Assembly (NCBI GenBank): GCA_050084515.1
Contig: CM114271.1
Span: 6,758,001 to 6,822,000, forward strand
Origin: Blasia pusilla
Lineage: Eukaryota
Direction: 5' to 3'
DNA: 64,000 nucleotides
Shown one piece after another: positions 55,301 through 64,000 of this stretch (position 1 is the first letter of the stretch; each line of letters opens with the position of its first letter). Below the pieces are notes generated by a model. The model worked only from the letters and a program-made list of their open reading frames with translations, did not search any database and was not told the DNA's origin. The translations under genes were made by a program, and so were the position numbers.

Positions 55301-56777
55301 TGAGTAAAAATTGACAGGGACTGTCATGAAGCCCAATGTCTCTTTCTCGTACACAAAATTTGGCAGCGCTTCCGCGCTGATTTCTCCCAATGAAAATGTA
55401 AAACATGTGAGAACACAAATCAGAAAGCTATATGGTGCTCCAGAGAGCATTGGAATGGGGCAACCCGCCCCCATACTCAATCCCTATAAAAAATTGGGCA
55501 GCGCTTCCACGCGTCACTCTTCCACACAAAAAATCGGCAAAAGAAACATCACAAGTAAGCGGCTCTTGCTCTGGTGAGCACTCCCATGAACCTCTGAACG
55601 GGGAATACGATCCCCAGCCTGCAAAAACAGCAAGTGACGAGCGAGCTCCCCATGAAGCTCTCTCACTCACTCATTATCTCTTTGTAAAATAAGATCAAAT
55701 CTCTCTCACAAGACTATAGTTCTCACATGTGTGCACTCTCACATGTGTATCTCAATGTCAAACCAAACCCACTCTCCTAATGAGATGCTTCGGTTACACA
55801 CACAAGGCAAGCAAGACCATAGCTCTGTCGCCTCATGCTAAGAGGTTCAACAAAGAGAGAATGAGCTCTCAAGCTCTCTCTCCTTGAGGTATATCTCTCC
55901 CCTCTCCCAAGCTCTCTCCATGGTAACCTATGCTCCCAAGTCACCTCCTTGGCTCTTGACCTAATGTAGGAGGTCAAAGGCCACTTACCAAAAAATAGAA
56001 AGTTGATCATATACTCAAAATGTTATTAACTTAAAATAGTAAGTTCCTCAATATGGCTCCAAATGAGCCAAAACGAAGGGGAAATCTACTCTCTCAAGTT
56101 TTCGGGGGCCTCAGCACGTCATCCTCGACCTAAAAGCATGTCCTCCACTACTCACAAAGGCGCTCTACTAGATCTCATCGATCTATCCTAAAAGATGTGA
56201 CACTTGGTTTCCAGCAAACCTTCAGTGCATGTGTTACTAAAAAATCGGGGTTATTTAGCATCTCCGTCGATTCTACCCGCATTTGGTTTGTGTCTGGCTA
56301 TAATCATTTTAATATTTCGTGCTTTTTTGTTTGGAGGCCTTGTCCTTGTTGGGCTATCCTGACTTGCACTATGATTATGCTTATTGTGCTTACAACGGTC
56401 TTTCCGTAGCTTCTTTGGAGCATGTATGGCGCTTAGGCTGCACAAAGAGTCAAACACCCAAGACTTTGAGAACATGATGTAATGACAAGAAGTAGGCGTG
56501 GGAGAAAGTAGATCAACATGTCTCGACCGATGTGGAAAGAGCATTAATACTAACACGCGGGAGTAATTAGTTCTCAAAGGACAAAAATTATTTTAATCCA
56601 TCATATGGTCTAGAAATTCACATCGGAGGGTTCAGAATTTTGCAGAATAATTTGTATTCTAGAGCCTTTCCACTCGAGGCTTAACTATTGTGGGGGCCAT
56701 AATTAATTGGATAGTTCAAAATTGATTAAAAATGGCCCTTGAAAATTTTGAGAGTTTAAAATGGAAAGTAATTTAAA

Positions 56778-56804
56778 CGCGTGCATAGCATGGGCTTAGG
56801 CTAG
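56778..56804 (+). mobile_element. Helitron-type 3' terminus (hairpin + CTAG|T)
   Basis: cgcgtgc-ata-gcatggg imperfect hairpin, then CTAG (56801-56804) followed by T. Confidence 0.45.
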
Positions 56805-56919
56805 TTTATACTATTCTTATACATCATCTTTTCAAGTTGGGATATTTTCACTAATCTTCATGTGGCATTTTAGGGAATTCTTACGATTCAAAAAATTGAC
56901 AGTGGAAAACGGAAAACTG

Positions 56920-57088
56920 TGTGGCTCTTATCCCCATGAGCACTCCCATGAGCCATGAAGTAAGGAACATGCTCCCCAACCTGCAACAAAGAGTGAGCAC
57001 CATCAAGCTCCTCCATTATAGCTCTCAAATACTCATTCTCTCTTTGGAAATCACGTGGATCTCTCCATTAACAAGGTCTCACAAATGT

Positions 57089-57149
<61 letters not shown>

Positions 57150-57591
57150 AAACCAAACCTACTCTCCTAATGAGAGGCTTGGGTTACACACACAAGGCAA
57201 AGAGGACCATAGCTCTGATGCCTCATGCCAAGAGGTTCAACAAACAGAGAATGAGCTCTCAAGCTCTTTCTCTTGGAGGTATACCCCCTTCCATCTCCCA
57301 AACTCTCTCCACGACAACCTACACTCGCACATCAACTCCTTGGCTCTTGACCTCTTGTAGTGGATCAAGGGCCACTTACCAAAGCGGAAAGTCGACTATA
57401 CTCAATATGGAAACTTACTTGAAATAGTAAGTTTATCTATATGGCTCCAAATGAGCCGAAACAAAGGGGAAACCTGCTATCTCATATTACCCGTGGCCTC
57501 AACAAGTCATCCTTAACTTGCTGAGGTTGTCCTTGAGTATCTTCAAGGATGCTCTACTAGATCTCGTCGATCTATCCTAATAGACGTGACA
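56920..57591 (-). mobile_element. Diverged 5'-end fragment (A block + leader) of the same retroelement family, with internal (CT)n expansion
   Basis: Ends tctatcctaatagacgtgaca at 57591; contains ctccccaacctgca and gagcactcccatga leader motifs like 55560-55640. Confidence 0.8.
57090..57147. repeat. (CT)n microsatellite
   Basis: Perfect dinucleotide run of about 29 units. Confidence 0.97.
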
Positions 57592-59904
57592 AGATACTCT
57601 ACCATTATTCCTCGCCTAAGAGTTCAAGAGTGGCAGGAGAGGCAAGTTGAGAGTTTGCGGCAACCATTAGCTAGAGAGGCTTTGTCAAGATGAGTTGATA
57701 TTACCTTGTGTTTGTTAAGTTGAGTTGAGATTGAGCCAAGTTTATATAGATTTGTGAGTTCAAATAAGAAAAGGTACATTTAGGGCTAATACACATTGGA
57801 TTTCTAAGTTGTGAGGCCTATATATTAGTTTCAAGAGCGGTTCATGGGAGTTCACGCCATCTCATTTTGCTAAGAGTTTGGGCGTCATGACCCTTGTAGC
57901 CAAAACGTGTGACAATGTAGAACATCAAAACTCTAATGGGCTCACACTAGGATAGAAGCGCGTCAAAGTCTCTAGAATTGGACATGAGTTGTAAATGAGA
58001 TGCAAGCCTTGTTGGGCATCTCAAGTAATGATGGTCGTGACCTAGTAGAACAAGACCAAACACCAAGCAGGACTCAAGAGGAGCTCGAGTCCCACAAGAG
58101 TTGGATGCCAAGGGACTTGGAACTTGACTAAGCGTTTGGAGATTCACGGAATTTGTGGTCATAACCATTAGACCCAAGAAGCATTTGGGATGAATAAGAT
58201 GGCGTTCGGAAGCTTAGGAGAAGAAAACTCCAACGCTATAACGATGAAGAAAAATGCATGACCAAAGATTGAAAAATCATTCCTAAACAATCAAAATCAT
58301 AGTTGGGTTGAGGGCCACAAGAAGCGGCCTAAAAGGACTTTCCCAAAAGGTACGGAGGGGATGGAAATCTCTAAAACTAACTATAAGGGGAAGGGTCTCC
58401 AAGGGAGTTTGGGACCCGAACCCTACCTTGGGAGCCATGGAGGTGAACCAAGGGCACAAGATGGATTAAGAGGTTGGATTCCGGGTGTGGAATCCAAGCC
58501 AAGTCCAAGGGGAGTAATTATGGCTATCAACCTTGGACTCATATATTGGGGACGGATGGAGACTCGTTCGAGGTCCATTGGGCAGTTGGGATTGCCAATC
58601 GCAATAATGCCATTCTAGCTTCGTGGACTTTCAAAGAAGCTTGTCCCAAGTCTTTGAGGACTTTCTTGCGTTGGGGAGTGAGGGGTTAGATCAATATCTA
58701 ACCTTGCTTAGATCTATTGAGCTTGGAGGATATCCCGAGTCCAAGACTTGGGATAGGCAAGATTGGTTGATCCAAACAATGACTAATGTGACTATGTTTG
58801 GATGTAGATCATGGAGGAGTGCATGACCTGCTGAATGTAAGCTACCGTAATACATTAGACCAATATTCAAGAGGAAGCGCATGAAATTGGGACAACATGA
58901 AGTGCATGAAATTGAGATATCTTGTTTATAAGTTTCACAAGCGTAATATGAGTGGCGAGAGTGGGTGAGTTTGGGGTAGCTCTCTGGCATCAAGTTCGAA
59001 CTAATCCTTTTAAGGAACCATGGAAGAATCCTTGAATATTCAAGCAATTTCAATTCAGAGTTGTCTAAGGTAAGTCTAAAACTACACCTTTAGGGATTTT
59101 TTTCATCGAAGGACAATTTCTTTTGTTGGTTTTGGAATCCACGTTGAAAATCTTGATGAACTATTTGATAGTATTTTGAGAGGTTGAATACAAAGGTAGG
59201 CAAGAGTATCCTTACGCTCTTTAAAGTTATTAGTAACTTTTAGCGTGGAGTGGGGCCACTCTTTCTGAGAGTTTTTTATGAGTGCCATTGTATGTTGGTT
59301 ATAAGAAAGACAAATTTGGCTTTGTTTAAAACCCATTTGGTTTAAGCATTTTGAGGCAAATTATTGAGGTGAAGGTTCTCTAAGAGCTTTCTCTAGGCTT
59401 TGCTATCGATTGAGCAGATTACGAGTATTTTGTAATATTGGTTGGTGGTATAGAGATGTTTGCCCTTCCTATTTCCTAAATCTTGCGTCCAACTCAAGGT
59501 ATTGTCATTGAATTGAACCAACAAACCAACCTTATAGACGGATCACATTTCCATTCAACACCATGGTAGGCATTTTACCACTAGAATTTCCCAATGCAAT
59601 CCCGCAACTTTTGACGACACCATGTTGTGTAAACAATGTGAAGACAAGGGAAATTTATAACCACATGTGAGAAATCTTGTGGCACAAGCTCCCAACCGCA
59701 GGCCATTACTCTTTCTTGTCCTATAGTATTCGCGAAGTTCACACGACATGCTTTAAACAAACCTTTGCCACGAAGAAGCGAGCAACCAACCTACAAATTT
59801 TCTCGCACCACCACAACTATTCCTTACTTAGTTCCTAATTTTCCTCACCTTTCCTTTCCAATCATCGTAACCTCCACCATTGGCCAATCTATTTTCTCCA
59901 ATTT

Positions 59905-60017
<113 letters not shown>

Positions 60018-63000
60018 CCTTTTTTTTTATTTCTCTTTCTCATTCTTCTTCTCATTATTTGATCTCTCTTATCTCATTCCTCTCCATATTATTTGATATC
60101 TTTGTTTCTCATTCCTCTCCTCACAATTAAATCTCTTTCTCATTCATTCCTCTCTAAATTTTATTTATTGGTTGGCACATAGTTGGAAGGTTAATATAAC
60201 TACTTTATTGGAAAGGAATTTTCATCCATAGGATCATCGTGCTCCTCGGGGTGCGAGAGGGGGTTTTGCATCATTTTCAAATAAATCCGTTGTAATCGTC
60301 TCTTTTGTTGCCCTGACAAACCATTGGCTCTCTATGACTTGGTTTGGAGTAGCATCAAGACCTCTTAGAATTATTTGAGGCTTTGGTGAGCATCCTTAAT
60401 GATTAGAAATGGATTTTCCCTTCCTCTAGTCTGCTGACGAGAGACTGGACACAAAGATTTCACCTACGCACTCAAAGCTTTGAGTCATTAGTTCCTAGCT
60501 TTTTGTCTTCAAATTTTTGTCTCTCTCCAACTCTATATTTTAATTATGACCCTCTCCTCTTATCTGTTGCACTTTCATGTGCGCTAACCACTTGCCATCT
60601 AGATTATGTCTTGTTTCGGGCGAGAGTAAACCTTCACAGAGAGTACAAATCAAGATGTCTATATCTAATCTAGAAATTTCAGACATTGTAGATTCTCAGA
60701 TGGAGATGTTGATTAGATTCATCCCATGCTGCAACATATGTGTTTCAAGTTGGTTACTCTCCTATTACCTGATTAATTTGCGTTCATAACTAAATTTTCT
60801 TGTAGCTTGACCTTCATCTCTAATTCCTCTGAGAAAATTAGGGAACTCATCTCACAAGGAAAACTTCCAAGTGATTTATTGTATAGCGTGCTATATTTGT
60901 GGATTGGAGATAATGGTTTGCTTACCTTTTGTGATCCGTAATAGTTAAATGGTTGTATGGAGACTATTAGGTATGGTTCTCACTTAGTTTGAATGAGTCT
61001 TATTGAGAGCCATGATATCTCTCCTTTGTGCAAGTATCTAACAAGTACAGATGTTATATAAGGAGTCGGGGAAGAGCAGTGGTTGGTGAGATCAAAAGAC
61101 AATACACATATAGACATATTGGTACATTTAGGTTTAAAAGATTTTGTAAGCCATGTTTGAATCCATAACATGCTACATACATTGAAGGTCTAGACCTAAT
61201 AGTAATCTTTATTTTCTTTAGCAAGGTTGATTGGATAACATAGTCCAGATTTCCCGGCTCCCTTCAAAGATTGCTAAGAACAATATTGTACCTTAGGAGG
61301 GATGGATGGAAATGGGCTACATAGGAGATCTAATTGATATGGAAATGGGATTCTGGGAACACATCCAATCCTATCACTCTCATGAAAGGAGTGATTTTTT
61401 TTACTAGCAAAATTTAGGCAAGTATTCCGTAAGTGGTCTCAATCTTTTATCTTTCCAAGTCAGGTTGAATATGCCTTCTTCCTAGATATGGAGTAGTCTC
61501 CCGCTTGGCATATAGTGTGCCATAAGCAGGCCAAGAAACATATGGTATTAAGTACTACATTGGAGTTCAGTTTAGATGGCCATGGGGCATTTGAAGCTCC
61601 TAGTAGGTTCAACCTGTCATAACTATTAGCAAATAGAACTTACCATTTACAAGTGTAGAAAAATGGGAAGGCAACATCAAGGTTATAGAAGAACCTGATG
61701 ATGCCTAGGGCTCATAAATATAAATTATGTTTTGGCATTGGGCATAGTTCTCATGGGATTTGCATGTTGTCAATAGGAACACGGCTTACAAAAGCAACCA
61801 ATATAATCAATGTAAAGTATATATTGGTTGCTTAATTTGTAGTGTGTGACATATTGAATATGGTTTTATTGTCAAATAGGATGGAAAATGAAAATGATAT
61901 GTATGAATCTATGGATTCATGCGTCGCTTAGATGGATAAGCGTCTTAAGGAATTGGAAGCAAAATTGAAATAGAAGGGAACTAAATTGTGAACTTTGACA
62001 TATTGTGCATTCCGGTTTGGGCATTTGTGAATAAATGATCTGCATGATGCTAAACTCATGTTCTTGAAAATACTTTCCTCATATGCAATGTGGAGGCTTG
62101 TTCTAGGCAAGTGCGTGCCCCACGTTCTACAAAGAGAGATATTTTCCATAGTGGACCAAAGAGAAGGAGCTCGTGATTGGTTGCAAAGGTATTGCTACCA
62201 ATGGCATAGTCTATTAACGAGATGGATATTTTCACCAGGGGTGAAGAGGCCCCAACTTGTGATCCAAAGTTCTTTGTTGACTTTGGCGAAGACGATCAAG
62301 CAAGATCATACAAGCATGCTGCATCTAAGGAACCTCTAGCACCAATTGTCGTGGGAAAGAAGAAGCAAGTAATTTCCTTGTTTCTTCTCAAGTGTTTAAG
62401 TGTCTACAATTATGGCCATATATATGTATTTTAAACCCATTGTCTCTAATTGGTGATATGCATTGGAATGGTTGAAAGGGATAGTTAGGGGATAGAGGAA
62501 TTGAGCATATTTACCAAATGTAAGGGATATTGCATCTTGGCGTATAGGTGATATTCATAGCCATGGGAAACTTCAAGTGGGTATACAACATCTTGGAAAA
62601 GGGCAAGTTGGTATGTCTCAAGGTGGTAGAGATGGCTCACATGCACGAAACCCAATGCCAACTTTGTTCCAAGGTGGTTATTGTTTAATGGGGCAAGGGT
62701 GGAATAGTAAGCCCTATCCATTTTATTCTACAATTTCCCTTTACCATTTTTCACATGTAGGTCACGGCAATGTTGCATGATGTGATGTTGCAATAGTCTC
62801 ATCATTGTTGTCATGTGTAGACCATGTGCAACATGGATTCTCTAACTAGATTGAGGGCACTTTCCATGCAGTACGAAATAGTCAAGTCCTTTATGGACTC
62901 AATAATACTTCCGCAAACATGTATGGACAAAACCAATGGTTCATTGGACAATCATAGGGAGTGAAAATGATAAAGGACACATGTAAAACCGAGTCACATT

Positions 63001-63149
63001 TAGTCATATATATCTTTTCTAGATATGTACATATATATGTTTTATTCCTTGGTGTTGTAATGGATATCTTAACTTGCTTCCATGAATTTTGTGGAAGTCT
63101 ACTTATAGGCGGGTAGATTTGCAATGTGAGATCAAATAATTATTGGAGT

Positions 63150-63720
63150 GTATCATATGTGCACCAAACCATATGACTCCAAGCTTGCGTAGGATAAGTG
63201 TAGGGATATCAAACACACCAAACTTATTGACAGAGAATTTTTGCGTGACAAGGAGGTGAAAGTTTGCAATGTGGCTCTAAATAGTTCAAGTTGGATTATC
63301 ACAACTTCTGAAGGAAAGAACAAGTGGCATGCAAATTTTAGAGCAGAGGTGTTGCGATGGTTTGACATCTTGGTTTTCAAAATTCTAGACCATCACTCTA
63401 GTGATTGGAAGTCAATGTTGAGGGATATTGGTGGATATTGGTGCTAGATATCGGCAACAATGGAAATGGAGTTTTTGTTCCATGTTTGGAGGAATATGCA
63501 AAATGAATACTAAATAATGAAAGGTTAAGATTACATCACACATGGAAAGAAGTTGTAGATGGGAAAAAAGAGTGGCCCTGCCGCCTCACGTAGATCCTAC
63601 CCAATGAGGGAGATTTCTAGCCTATGTCATGAGTGAAAGTGCAAGGACAAAGAGTAAGCAGAGTCAAAGGCGCGGGCATTGATAGCAAATCCTAATCCTA
63701 CAGGAAGGAAGGGAATGCAC
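63150..63720 (+). pseudogene. Remnant resembling CACTA/En-Spm ORF2-type plant transposon protein
   Basis: KNKWHANFRAEVLRWFDI.. followed by PPHVDPTQ*GRFLAYVMSESARTKSKQ..NPNPTGRKG, recalling the P..V...W..L..YW.S...S....R......G motif of Ptta/En/Spm proteins; stops present. Confidence 0.4.
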
Positions 63721-64000
63721 CAATTTCAAAGTGTTTGATAAGAAAAGTATCAAAGGTCTAATATATATTTTATTACTTTTGTTTTGGCTTTGTCCAATGA
63801 TTGATAAATGGAGCTTTTTTCATTGTTCATATGTTTTAGAGAAAAAAGAAGGGGCAAACCCCTACTTATATAGGCTCAGGTGTACAAGGAGGCAAAGAAC
63901 CAAAAGAGATGTGGTACAACGAAACTCTCCAAGGAGGTATTTGCATTTTCTTGCTATAGAATTGATATCACTCCAAAATTGGTTATTTTTAGTCCATGCA

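Larger units (their letters stand above)
32862..56202 (-). mobile_element. Ty3/gypsy-type retroelement copy 2 (DNMT- and PHD-bearing, split direct repeats), interrupted by a Mutator-like element
   Basis: Sense strand begins TGTCACA (56202) and ends CACGACA (32862). A1 55685-56202, leader, gag split at 40760/53862, PR, MTase, RT, RH, INT, PHD, then B1 33470-33597, A2 32975-33467, B2 32862-32974. Flanks ccag/cttg do not form a clean TSD. Confidence 0.9.

Noticed and set aside
32858-56206. TSD for retroelement copy 2
   Set aside because: Flanks ccag and cttg match at only 2 of 4 positions; not claimed.

Overview
Eukaryotic, transposon-dense plant DNA, probably a non-seed land plant (inferred from the TE repertoire). 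Only one host gene looks intact: a 3-exon alpha-tubulin on the minus strand (26166-27919). The rest is mostly decayed, nested mobile elements: a Ty1/copia relic, two CRE-like non-LTR retrotransposons flanking the tubulin gene, Helitron 3' ends and a CACTA-like remnant. Two element types stand out. (1) Two copies of a Ty3/gypsy-type retroelement (9441-19932 and 32862-56202) with domain order gag-protease-DNMT3-like C5 cytosine methyltransferase-RT-RNaseH-DDE integrase-PHD finger. Instead of ordinary LTRs they have split direct repeats (A1...B1-A2-B2). Copy 1 also has an internal inversion with the signature of autointegration. (2) A 13.1-kb Mutator-like DNA transposon (40761-53861, 10-bp TSD) nested in the gag of copy 2. 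Divergently from its transposase it carries an intron-containing gene fusing a ParB/Srx-like domain to an N6-adenine/N4-cytosine methyltransferase-like domain. Its non-coding DNA holds about 30 copies of a 27-bp palindrome, and the gene contains a fold-back with ~430-bp arms. All TE coding regions carry stops or frameshifts. Domain calls come from motif recognition by eye, not from database searches.
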